Assembly: GCA_004022145.1 (NCBI GenBank)
Contig: RCNU01000005.1
Length of the DNA: 64,000 nucleotides
Direction: 5' to 3' (one strand)
Source of the DNA: Paecilomyces variotii
Lineage: Eukaryota
Numbering within the stretch: the stretch's first letter is position 1; the number at the start of each line of letters is the position of its first letter. A model generated the notes under the pieces. The model saw nothing but the letters and a program-made list of their open reading frames with translations. It did not search any database and had not been told where the DNA came from. The position numbers were made by a program, and so were the translations under genes. This document shows positions 50,544-62,881 of the stretch, piece after piece.

Positions 50544-53500
50544 CTATTCTACATCAACTTCCGGTTCGACGTCGCTGGGTCCGTCGTCTATGCCTTCGTC
50601 CATCGCATCGGCGTTGAGGTTAGAGGAGTCAGCCGTCACGCCGCGTCTCTCTTTACCCTTCTCATATGAGACGGTCCTCCATCCCGCGGGGACAGATGGG
50701 TCTTTGATGTATTCAGACATGGGGAACTGCAAGAGTGTCAGTAATGGAGATCGATAATACGGGTTCTAAATTCGGGATCCGTACATAATGGTCATTCTTC
50801 TTCATAGTCACGACCCACGGGACGTTGTCGAACGTCACGGCCCGAAGACGGAAATAAGTGTTGTCTGGGATCTTGTTTACTTCTCGCACGAAGCTGTCCA
50901 GATCCCGCGTCTCCACACCGTTGACAGCGGTGATAAAGTTCGTCGGCGCCAGCCCATACTGGTACGAGGGAGATCCACGGCTCTGCAAGGGCATTAGTAT
51001 ACTCGTCACATAAACACAGGAAAAAAAAAATACACATACCCTCGCACTAACGTAGATCTCACTGTGGAGCTTGGAGATCTGTTGCCGAACCGCATGGTGA
51101 GGCTTCTGCAGCACCGCACCGCAGAAAACCACAGCACGGTCCGTCTCAAGCTGCTCAGTGGGCACCGTAGGCACCTTAATGCGCATCTCCTGTCCGTTCC
51201 GGACAATGAGCGCATCAAGGACTTCGTTATCGTACATGATATCAAGCTCCGAGACACGGGTTATTAGGTTGCCGTTCAGGGTCAAGATGATATCACCCTC
51301 CTGCAGAGCATCCGTGGCAGATTTGAACGATGGAGGTGGCACATCCACCTTTCGTACCATGAAGAGCTGATGTCGGGTCGGGTTGGCCTGAGCAACTTTC
51401 TCGATCCATTCATCCGACACGCCCATGATCCGCGCCTGGCTCATCTGCACAACATAGCTCTCCATATTTAGGATCCGCAGCTTAGGGATGTCTCCCTGCT
51501 GAATTTTGCTGACGATAGGCAGAAGCGAAGGAGTGGCCATGCCAAGATGATACTCGACATCCTTGTGGCTATTGGCAGTGCGCTCTCCCAAGTAGTTCAA
51601 CCAGAGAGCCTGCACAACACCATCCTCGCCAATGAGCACACCATTGGTACACTGTCCACTGAGACCAGTATCCACTGTAATAGCGTCAAGATTGATGGCA
51701 CGGTATCTCGGAGCAGATGAATTCGCCGGGATGGCTACAGTGGTGATGTCCGTGACAGTCGTCTTGGCCACTACTATGCGGAAGTTCTGATTGAATCCCA
51801 CAAAAATGGTTTCCTGGCCCTGCTTGATGTTCTCCGTGCTCAGTTTAGCGCTCTTAACGGGAGCCTGGACCAGACTCGGGTCGTATTGCACGATAGTATA
51901 GTTCTGTAGTGGGTGCAAGAAGACGACCCTGCCACTGACAATGATTGAATCCGCAACCGTGATGTTGATATCACATAGATCATACGGAACGATAGCCCTA
52001 GAGACAACTACAAGGCCCTTTTCCGCGTCAACAACAAGACCGAATCCAGTCTTCTTGGCCTGAGGGTAGCCATCGAGCTTGAGAGGCATCGTGCAGGAGA
52101 CCCTGACGAAGCTTCGAACAATGTCAGCTGCAGCAGGCTGACTGATTCCCTCGAGCCTGATGAAGTCGGCTTTTCTGGGGACTGGGGGTGCCGCTGGTAT
52201 CGGATCGGCGAGATCAGAGAAGTCCCATAGACCAGTGTCGTCATTTCGTACGGCCAAGCGCATCCTGGGATGCCAGTGGCGGTCGACGTAGACGATACTA
52301 GTTCCTCTGGTGTGTAGATCCCGGATATGTCTGTAAGAGACAACGACTCTGGCCCGATCTACACCACGTAAGTACCACTCTGCCTGTAATCCAACACGAG
52401 ATACTTACCTGGGATAGTCTTCATGACTTCGATGAACTCCTTTAAATCCCTAGTTGGGCGTTTGTCGATCGTATCTATGATCCAACCGGACACGGTGTTT
52501 TCCAGCTTGAAGGAGCCGGCCGCCTCGCAGATGTACACACCGCGAGTGGCGATGGCGTACAATCTCGCCTGCTGGTAGGAGAGATCATGGAATGTTCCGC
52601 CTGCAACAGAGACGAAGCGGTCGGGAGTGATTGCATGCAAGTCTCCCACCTGACATTCAAGTTCAATATCCTCTCCGCCCCTCTGGACAAGGAGTTTGAT
52701 CGTGTTTCCGACGTTCGAATCCAGGATATCATCCAGTCTCACGAACCGTGTGATGAGTTCCCCGTTGATCTCCAGGAGCACGTCTCCCTCCTCAAGCTTG
52801 CCATCAGCGGGTCCCTCTGGAAGCACAATCTCAGCCACCAGCATGCCCGTCTCCGTTGGAGCTGATGTACGAACAGCAGCCTCCCATTCCGGAGTCAGCC
52901 CTAAACGACGACACTCGTCGAAAGGCTTGATCATGAATTGAGTCTGGATGGTACCACGGGTGACAGGTTCACCCCTACGGATACACTCTAGAGCACGCAG
53001 TGGACGGTCTAGAGGCAGGAAATAGTCCGTCGCCGCCCCGTCAGCACGACCTCCGGCTTGCAGGGCGATTGCATGACCATCGATATTCACCACCGGACTG
53101 CCGGAACTTCCACCACTTGCTGCCGCCGCTGCCTGGATGTAGTTGGTATTAAAGTCACTGTAGCCCTCGCCATACTCGGGAGCGTTCCTGTCAAGACGAC
53201 TGATCACACCGGAGAGAATACTGAGCTTCTCTCCCGCATCGTTACCAACCACACGGATCTCGACACCCACGCGGGCGGCATCCGGTTGCAGTTTCAGCTC
53301 TGTCAACTTCATATATTTGATGGCGGCCGGGTCGAATTTGAGGATACCGAAGTCGTGGACCGGATCGCGGTATATGGGTTTGACGTCACACTATGACAGG
53401 AGATATCAGATCAGAACTTGTACCCAGAGACAGATGCATATAGCAATGACAAAGACAATGGACAAACATACCTCCTCATGATTATCAAAAATGCAATAAC

Positions 53501-53882
53501 CCCAGAAAGGTCCAGCGCAGACAACATGTCTATTGGTCAAAATGTATCCTTTCTCCGCATCGACCACAAAACCCGTTGCCTGACTAGCCATCGACAGGTC
53601 TGTATCAAAGGAGCATGTCTGACAGAAATGGATCGAGACGACACTCTTCACGACGTTCTCTATTGTGGCCTGCCATTCTGGCGAGTCTGCCGGAGCTGGG
53701 ACCAGCGGCAGCGCGGGAGCAGTGTCGGCGTCATCTTCGATGCTGTACACCGTTCCATTGGCCGGTGTTGAATCCCCCGGCGTCAGCGCAGAGGTTTCTG
53801 GTTTCAAGTGTTTCGCAGGGCGATCAGTGCCAGCGACAGGGCTGTGCTTGCGCTTCGAACGCATCTCGCCTGTCCTCTCCAT
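50544..53882 (-). CDS. nma111: HtrA-family serine protease Nma111 (tandem protease + PDZ), 5 exons
   Basis: TNRHVV (His), HDFGIL (Asp) and [12 protein letters not shown] (Ser); PDZ regions; basic NLS-like KRK..AKHLK near the start. An in-frame upstream ATG is present at 54308. Confidence 0.95.
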
Positions 53883-55236
53883 GTCGGATGCGGAAGAGGT
53901 GCAGAAATTGCGCAATGCGCGGACGGCAATATAACCCGGGGTCTTTCGAGCCGGGATTGAAAGAAGGAGAGATCGGATGGAACGGTTTATGTCGAGCAAG
54001 GACGAGGTGGTAGAGGGTCTTCGTCCCAGTTGACTGCAAGCTCCGCTTGTAGCTAGATCCTTATAACAATTCTTCAGGCGGCGAGGAAGCTGACGTCGAG
54101 GTGTGCAGGACCCTGGAGCAGGTACCACGAGACCACGGGAGATCGACAGGAAGCTGGAAGAGCTTGGAGAAATCGAGTTCGGGACAGACAGGCCGGGGGT
54201 CTGCGAGGGAGAAGAGCAACACGGCGCAGGCGCAGGTCGTGCTGGACCGGGAGACGCAGTAGCAACGGAGAAGCCCCTTCTGCACGCCGGAAGCAGGGCG
54301 GAGGACATCCACAAGACCAAAGACGTCGCCTCTCAGCCGGTCAGGAGTGGTGGATGGACAGGCTGGCGATCGGACGGACGAGAGGGCGCGTGGACGAGGA
54401 AGAAGTCATCCGCAGCACAGCTGGAGGTTGTTGCGAAGTTGTGGTGGTTAGCTCTGCTGGCGTCCTGATTGGACGGCCAGCAGGCCCTCGGAGCCATCTC
54501 CCAAGGTGGGCGCTTAAGGTCCTTATGGGGATAATATAAATATTATAATAATAACAGTTAGAAACAGATGATTGTCATTGCTATACTCGAGCACCGTCGG
54601 GGCCTATTCGAGTCTTGGTTCTTTTGCATCAAGGACGGGTGTAGCTAACACAAGCAGTATTACCGCCTCGGACATCTCAGCTATTAATTACTAGCAGATC
54701 GCACTACGCCTCAGAACAGGACCACAGCTGGTATATCGCATTTATATATCCAGACGTCTGAACTGAACAGTACAAAGTAGGCAGAAGCAGTGACTATCAT
54801 ATCATATATAATGCTGAAATCGGTCTATCCCGATTGACCCGTTGACTCCCCACGTATGCTCCCGTCAATTCCTTGTAGCCCATGTTATACAATATTGCGT
54901 ACCCCTTTCTCTCCTTCAAATGCAGTCGCAATCCTTTGCGCCCTTCTCTTGCTAAACCCGGACCCGCTGGCCGTACGTGAGCATCCGGTGCGTAGGATGA
55001 TACTGCAAAAGCAGCACTCCCGGACTTTGAAAGGCTCCAAAGACAGAAGCTGAAACCTTTTCTTCATCGTGGATTTCTCCTCTTTTATTTTATCTTGGTC
55101 TGACAGTGCCCGACGGGGATACTCCCGTGGAACAAGTGTCTTCGTGCACCTTTCACTATACCAGAAGGCCTCTGGTTGCGCACCTGAGGCCAGACCTACA
55201 ACTGAGAGCGCGATAGTCATCCGTTCTCATCGCGCT

Positions 55237-56559
55237 TCACACCACAGATTCGGCCATGGAAGCCGGACTGGGACCCCCGTTACCTTGTGAGAGCCGATAG
55301 CCGTGTTTCTGCTGCTGCTGCTGCTGCTGCTGCTGCGCCGTTGAGGCTCCAGGGAACAGTTCAGCTAGCTGCGCGTACATGTTGTTGAGACTGGGCAAAG
55401 ACGGCGGCGGCGTCATGATGGCCGGTGCCGACGGCAGAACGCCAGCGGCCTTCTTTGCTTTGTCGGTGATCGAGGCCAGGTAGGCCAGATTGGCCTGGAG
55501 ACGGCGCATGCAATCGATATACTCCTGGCTAGGCTTTGTCGCCTGGCCCTTCTGCGCATCGTTCTCCGAACCCTGATTCGGAGACTCCGAATTTTGCGGC
55601 TGGGTCGGCGGCAGGCCTGCTTTGCCTGCCGCTTGCAAACTCACAACCTCCTGGAGGAGGGCGGAGTTGATATCGAGGAGTAGGTGGACTCGAGCTCTAT
55701 CACGCGCAGCAACTTGCGCTTGAGCCGCCGCAGATTGGGGAGACGATGCCGCCGTCGGACTCGGCTGCTGCACCGGTCTCTGCTGACCGGCGAACATGTT
55801 ATTCGGCGTGGAGACGGCAGCCATATTTGGTGGTGTCCCTTGAGCAGTCGACGCCGGCAACCCAGATACCGTCCGCGGCTGGGACGATTGAGAGGGAGTA
55901 GCTGGAACGGTCGACGGGGTATAAGGAGAAGGTGCAGATACCGTAGGGAAATTTGCGTGGGGTCCTGCGGCAGCCAACGACAACGCGCTTCCAGTTAGTT
56001 GATCGTCTCCCAACGCGCACGAGGCGTGAAGTAGTAGTAAGAATAGATGAGATGGACCAGATGGAGCAAAGCAGCACAGCACCCGACGCCAAAACCTCTG
56101 GAGCCGCGCAACTGCATTCCGGCCTAGGGGGAGGGGGCTGCTCAACCGTTGGTCTGTGTTCCCACCTCCCCTCAGGGCGGGCAGTACGTAGTCAAGCGAC
56201 CTCAAGCAGAGATTCTAACGGGTTGGTTGCTGGCGTCAAGCTCCGGGGGAGACAGCTCTGGGGAAATCTTTCGATCTTGGGGACTTACCGGAGATTTGCT
56301 GGGGGATGCCGGCCGGCATCATAGCACCAGCGGGGCCGGTGGTCTGGAGTTGCACAGCGCCAAAAGGATGTTGTTGCGGTTGCTGCTGCATGGGATGGCC
56401 CTGTGGCGCCTTGATCTGGGAGTAGGCGGCGGGATTCGCATAAAAAGGGACCTGGTGACTATTCGGACTCTGGGATGGAACGGGATAGCCCGCCGGAGCA
56501 GACAGCATGGGGTTAGGATGCTGCTGGAAAGCAGGATAGCCAGTGGGGTTGGGATTCAT
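55237..56559 (-). CDS. Q/P-rich protein with SSXT (SS18/Snf11/GIF-like) domain, putative SWI/SNF-associated cofactor
   Basis: RVHLLLDINSALLQEVVSLQAAGK...EYIDCMRRLQANLAYLASITD resembles the SSXT pattern. Exon 1 starts MNPNPTGY; one intron of about 324 nt (56288-55965). Confidence 0.75.
55309..55335 (-). repeat. (CAG)9 polyglutamine tract
   Basis: ctg x9 on the + strand encodes Q9 in the SSXT protein. Confidence 0.9.
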
Positions 56560-57739
56560 GGTCAGCACCAAATTGTACAACCGCTCCTCCTGCTGTTTAC
56601 CCTTCTTGCTCCCCTGTTCCTGGGCTGACAGGCAACCGCTGTGACCCGGGATGGGATATTCTAGCGCCGGTGGGCACAAGATCTCGGTTCTGACAGCAAC
56701 GAACGGCGCCTTTTTTTTTTTTTTCTGATCGCGGGACAATCCAAGGATGGGACTGTCGGGAGCGGGGTGTGGCTTTCGTTTGCAACTCGCTGATGAGGCA
56801 ATAATACTCTAATCCCTAGGAACGTTTTAGGCGGACCCGAGGGATAGCCGTTTAGCGGACGACCCGTTTGTTCGTTGAAGGAACCTAGGAAGACGAGACT
56901 GATTACGGGCCAGTGATTGGCTCTGACACGGGGGGGTATGGTTTGATATTCAGTATTCAGTAAGAAATTATTATCAGACAACGAGAGACTTGCGGGATCG
57001 GGTGACAGAATGAGGTTTGCGGAGAGAAATTTGTTGGCCGGATCGAGTGCGATCAACCTTGGCTGGTCGGGCTAATGCACTGGCTCGGGCCTTGGTGGGG
57101 AGTCAATCCGGCCGCCACATAAGGGGGGTTGATCGTAGCTCCACGGCCGGGCCATGAGAGATGGAGGTTATTATTATTGGCGGCACGAGGGCATCCTGAG
57201 AAGGAGAGAGAGGATGGGGAGACAGAAGAGGGAGAGAAGGAGATAAAAGGAGTGGTATAGGCTGAGGACGGACGAGAGGAAAAAAGAGTTGTGACGATAC
57301 TCTCGTTTCGGTATCAAAACGGTATTCGTCACTCGACAGCCGCGTTGTGCGCGCGGCTGAGCACCAGCGGTACGGTAACTGCCGAAACAGAGACCACAAG
57401 GATGTTACATTGGTACTGTACCTGCAGTTGTGAACAATGGCTTTGTAGTTAATAATAATATGTGGTCTCCTAGTCCGTTACGAGGGAATTGGTTAGATAT
57501 CGATATTTAGTTCGCACAGGGTGAAAGAGCTGCTCAGTAAAAGGGCTGGTCGCGTATTTTCTATAGGTCTGTCAGCGGTGTCGCTTAGTATGGTTCATGC
57601 TCTGAATTTACCATCTACATGAGAAGTATAAACGACCACTGGCATCAGGGACAAGTTACAACACTCAGAATAATAATAGAGACCTCACTAATAATAATAA
57701 TAACGATCTCTAAGAGCTATGCATGCATATCTCAACTCC

Positions 57740-57769
57740 CGGCATCGGGATCGGGATCGGGATCGGAAT
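57740..57769 (+). repeat. (CGGGAT)n hexamer array upstream of the monooxygenase
   Basis: cggcat cgggat cgggat cgggat cggaat. Confidence 0.8.
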
Positions 57770-58089
57770 CAACACGGGGATCGGTCCGAGGGACAACTAT
57801 CGTCTGAACGACATCCATCAAGACGGAGTATTAATTGGATACTGAGTCCTAGAGGTGGCTCCTGTTTGAGTGCTAACAAATTTTTGTTCAACGATCAGCA
57901 GGTGGAAAAGTATTGTTGGGCCGTATATCCGTACATCCAGTCAGCTATATAACTATGTTATAAGTGTTGAGTTTCTTCGATTCCATACATCCATCTTGTA
58001 AGTACTTGGAGACCAAGTACTACTCCTTTGACATTTCGCGCCTCTTTTTACTGTCGCCCTTGACATCATCTCATCCATCGGTATTCTGA

Positions 58090-59554
58090 ATGAGCAATAC
58101 CACCGTGATGAGCCAAGGTCGATCAGCAAGGACCAAAAACTTCGAGGTGGCCATAGTAGGCGGCGGTATCGCCGGCCTAACATTGGCCATCGCGCTCTAC
58201 CATCGCAAAGTACCCATCACGATCTACGAACAGGCACCGCAGTTCGGTGAGATCGGCGCTGGCGTGTCCTTCAGTCCCAATGCCATCCAGGCTATGAAAG
58301 TATGCCACGAGGGCGTCTACCAAGCATTCGAGAACGTCTGCACCACAAACGAGTGGCCGTCAAAACGCAAAGTCTGGTTTGATTTCCTTGACGGCTATGG
58401 TGGCCCGAAGGACGAGAGCAAAACCCAGGAGTCTGCATTCACTATCCGCAGTGAACTCGGCCAGAATGGCGTGCATCGGGCACGATTCCTGGACCAGATC
58501 GTCAAGCTTGTCCCTCAGGACATCTGTCGGTTTGGCAAGAGGCTTGTGGATATTACCGAGAGGCCTAGTAGTAAGAGACTGGTTATGCATTTTGAGGATG
58601 GTACGACTGCTGAGGCGGATGCTGTGATCGGCTGCGATGGTATCAAATCTCGTGTACGGCAGATTATTGTCGGTGCTGACCATCTGTCCGCGCACCCGTC
58701 GTATACTCACAAATACGCGTATCGAGGATTAGCACCGATGAAGGATGCCATTGCTGCAATTGGAGAAGAACGGGCGATGAACTCTTGCCTGCATGTGAGT
58801 AATTAGCCTGGATGACCCCAATGGTTGGATTGGAGAATGAGTTACTGACGGCTACCCCTGTAGATGGGCCCCAACGCTCACATGCTGACATTTCCGGTTG
58901 ACCACGGAAAGACACTCAACATGGTGGCATTCAAGACGAATTCGGAGCCATGGCCCGATGCTCAACGATTGACAAGGCCTGCCAAACGCGAGCGTGCACT
59001 AGAAGACTATGAAGGATTCGGACCGAATGTCATCAAATTGCTGAATCTGACCAAGCCAGATCTCGATGTGGTAAGTATCTGGTGATATCGTAGCCGGGAT
59101 TCCTTGGCTGATGGTTTTACAGTGGGCTATCTTCGATCTGGGGGAGAATCCACCGCCGACCTACTCCAAAGGCCGCCTTTGCATAGTTGGAGACGCTGCA
59201 CACGCCACTTCTCCCCACCATGGTGCTGGCGCCGGATTGTGCATCGAAGATAGCGCAGTGATGGCTGAGCTACTGGGAGATGAGCGCGTCAGCGAGCCTG
59301 GGCATCTTGAAGCAGTCTTTGCTACGTTCACTGCAGAGAGAAAAGAGAGAGGAGAATTCTTGGTGCAAAGTAGTCGCTTCATGGGAGACTGTTATGAATG
59401 GCGAGCTCCAGGGGTCGGCCGTGACTTTGCCAAGATCGAAGCCGAAATCAATAAGAGGAATGGAATACTTAGCAATGTTGATGTTGGAAAGATGTGTGAG
59501 CATGCGCGGTCGGAATTGGGAAAGAGATTGGACCGGAATCTGTCCCATATTTGA
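58090..59554 (+). CDS. FAD-dependent monooxygenase, salicylate-hydroxylase-like, 3 exons
   Basis: GGGIAG, EIGAGV, VIGCDGIKS and GDAAHATSPHHGAGAGLCIED fingerprints; introns 58795-58863 and 59071-59122. Confidence 0.93.
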
Positions 59555-59732
59555 GTCGTTCAATTTGAGTAGTCCTTGGAGGCGTAGGGTACGTAAGGCT
59601 GTAATTATTATAGATATTCGGCGTACTGTACAGGTGTGCGTTCTTCCACAACCTTCCGAAGCTGAAATGGATTCCAATATCGGATACTAAATCGCGGTGT
59701 AGCTCAGTATAAGTGAATGCATCTTGTGCTCT

Positions 59733-62239
59733 TCAGCTAGGGAAGAAGAGATCCAAGTTCGTGATCTGCTGACCGAACCAGGCATCGGCAATGAACTCCG
59801 CGCCGTGCGGATTGAAGCTGGTTAGGTCGAATTGATCCGAGATATCAAAAGCTGGGGGTATCTGAGGTGACTGGATGCTATCGGCCATAGGTACTTCGGG
59901 ACCACCATTGTGGGTTTTGATAGCAGCTTCTGGGGTTACTCCTGTGAAAATTCCTTATGAGTAGATGATTTACCATAACGAAAGAATACATGTTACCTTG
60001 AGTCTCCCTCCTGAATATACGTGACCTTAGAATCTGGAGGACATGGATAGCTTGGGTAGCAGAGTGGATCTGATCCTTGTAGTGCTCCAGTATGGACAGA
60101 CAACGATTCCAACTCGCTTCGAATGAGTTATCACCAACGTCCATATCCACATATGGGCACTGCAGCCCAGCCAGGAGAATTGTGATTGAGGCAAATGTAA
60201 CTGTCCCACTCAGCAAAGTCCTTGCAAACAACTATGACGGAGACTTACAATATACGGAATGCCAACCAGAACTTTTGTAAGCAGTATCAAGATGCTCATA
60301 AATGCTCTCGATGATTTGGTGAGCAGTTACAACACACAAATTGCAACAGCGTCCAATCAATTCTTCATCAAGGGATAGATGTCCCTTTGCTGGTAGCCGA
60401 GTCGAGAAAGAAGGATGTTCACGGCGTCTGGCAAGAAGTAGCAAAGGGCGCAGGGATAATACTCGCACATACAAAAATCTATTCGCCTGAGTAAAGTGGC
60501 CGCGACGTCTTCTTGGAATGGAAACGTACCTGCAGTAGAGTACTTGCTGCTGCAAATTTACGCTGCTGTTTTTATCAGAGATGGTTGGTCTCGTAATCTT
60601 TGTCGTCTTCAAATACTCCGGAATCGAGTCGAACAGATTATCAAGCCGTCGGTTGAAATCCAAAACCCGTGGTAACACTTCCTTGTTGCACGCTTCTGAT
60701 CCAAGGTGTTTGGGATACCCATCCCCTCCATCATCAATGTAAAAGTAGCCAAGGATTTCAGCCAGTATTTCGAACAATGGACAGGACCACACGAACAGAC
60801 CCATTCGAGATGGGACATGTGCTGGCTGGACCCCCTCTTCTCCATTATCAAGCAGATATTCGTCATCGATCAAAGATGGAATAGGTACGTTCCATGACTT
60901 CCCGATCATGGTCGGTCGGCCGAATGACATAGCAAGCAGTCTGCAACGGTATTAACATTTGATCCCGGTTGGCGTCAGGATCATCCCGTACCTATCCAAA
61001 CAGACACACACATGCCAGACTCGTCGCCTCATCTCACGGGACAACTGGGTTTTACTGTCAACATCAAGGTGCAATCCCAAGCTCTGTGCAGCTCGTATGG
61101 CAAGGCCAATGACATTCCAACAACGAGTCGGATACCTAGATGACTGGAGGTAGATTCCCTGCAGAAGCAACAATTGTACCAGTGGTAAAGAGGTTGTGTC
61201 AAGTATTTCGACGACGAGAAGTTTCCTTGATTGTTGGTAAAATTCATCCGCAAGTGAAGACCTCCTCGCCAGGGGCACCAGCGAACTGTACTGGCATCCT
61301 AGTGCGAATACTAGATTCAAGGTAGTGGAGAAAATGGAGTCTTCTCCTACCGAATTCTCTTCCCTTGATTTGGAATGGTCATCAGGAGGCCACCACACAG
61401 ATTCATACTGTGCTTCGAATGAGGGCTGGTGAAGAACTGGAAAAAGCGGGTGAACGAACTCGAAAAAGCATCGGACGAAATCATCTGCATTTTGGCGCTG
61501 AGGATAGATAGCTACAGTTTTGTCCTTCTCCCGGATTACCTCAGGATACGTGGTAAAGGACGGAGATCGAATATGAGATCGCCGTGATTCATCCGCGTAG
61601 GCTCCATCGTTTGACTCAGATCGTGTGGGTTGACTATGAACGCCTGGAGCAACATGTCGTAACAATGCGATTGTCGACGATCCCCCGTACAATGCATCAG
61701 TATCTTCGCCCAATGGGACAGTGGCCAAGGCATCTCTAGTTTGAACATCCTGTTTACCATTTGAAAGAGTGGGAAAGGCTGGCTGAGGTACTATTTCTGG
61801 TATCGCTTGGCTCTCGTTGAAGACTCGACGCTCATTGCGTCTAGATGATGCCAGATATTCGCTATCTTCGGTTTGAGATCACATTTGTTAGTGAAGTACA
61901 ACATATATCTCGTGTATACTTCGCGGGTGAAGCCCTCACTTACGTGCGTTGTCCAGCCGATTGTTACTTTCTCTCTGCTGCAGCTGCTCCGCTGGTTCCG
62001 GGCTGGAGACCCTTGATCATACAATTGAGTAATTTTACAGTGACATTTAAGAAGTTATGACTGCACGATTACCTTCTTGTCAGGGAGGCAGGACGCTTAT
62101 AGACGCATGTCACCGGTCCGCGGCGCTTTCTGCAACGCGTGCAGATAGGACGTTTCCCATCACACCTCGTTTTATCTTCCCGACAGTTGGTGCAAGCGAG
62201 TCGAATCTTTGAGCGCTTTTCTCTGCCTAAAGGAGGCAT
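59733..62239 (-). CDS. Zn(II)2Cys6 transcription factor with Fungal_trans domain
   Basis: Exon 1 MPPLGREKRSKIRLACTNCREDKTRCDGKRPICTRCRKRRGPVTCVY was missed by the ORF track. Also FFEFVHPLFPVLH, AIRAAQSLGLH, EMRRRVWHVCVCLDR and FGRPTMI; ends LDLFFPS*. Confidence 0.9.
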
Positions 62240-62881
62240 GGCGTTCGATCTCGCCTGAGTCTCTTATTATCGTTGCGTGTCCATTATTGGGTAACAGTGA
62301 TTGTCATTTGATGGATTGAATCTACGGATGCATACAGTAAGTTCCTCCCCGAGTCCCCGCGAAGCCGAGAAAGCGGGACCGAGTCGCTAGTCTAGCGCCT
62401 TAAATTGAACTACCTAGGTATGTAGTTAACTTTCTCACCTACAGTATCAATTATTGACTCAAAGGACCTTGAAGCTGTTCTGTAATATGATTGTATTGGT
62501 CAGAATCTTGTCGCATATAGTTACCATGTATATGCGAGTGCCGTACCTTGGTGTTTTACCTCATTAGGAAAATAGGGTTTAGGGCACTGCCAGAAGCGGG
62601 TCCATCGATGGCCAGACTGAGAGCTTCTCCTTGATCTTCGAACCAAGCTCTGCTTCTTGCCACTCTTTGCGAGATACTCTTTTTTTAAGATATCTCCCCT
62701 CTTAACTATATCATTTATATTCAGGACTAGATGGATTATTGAAATCTCTTATCATTCGCCCCCCCACGCTGCGGACGAAGTCCTTTCGTTTACTCCGTAC
62801 TTTCGCCTCTCGGAGGAGGAAGTACGTATAGCATTTAACTCCATTTAATACCATCGAGTGCAGTCCGCATTGAATTATCCC

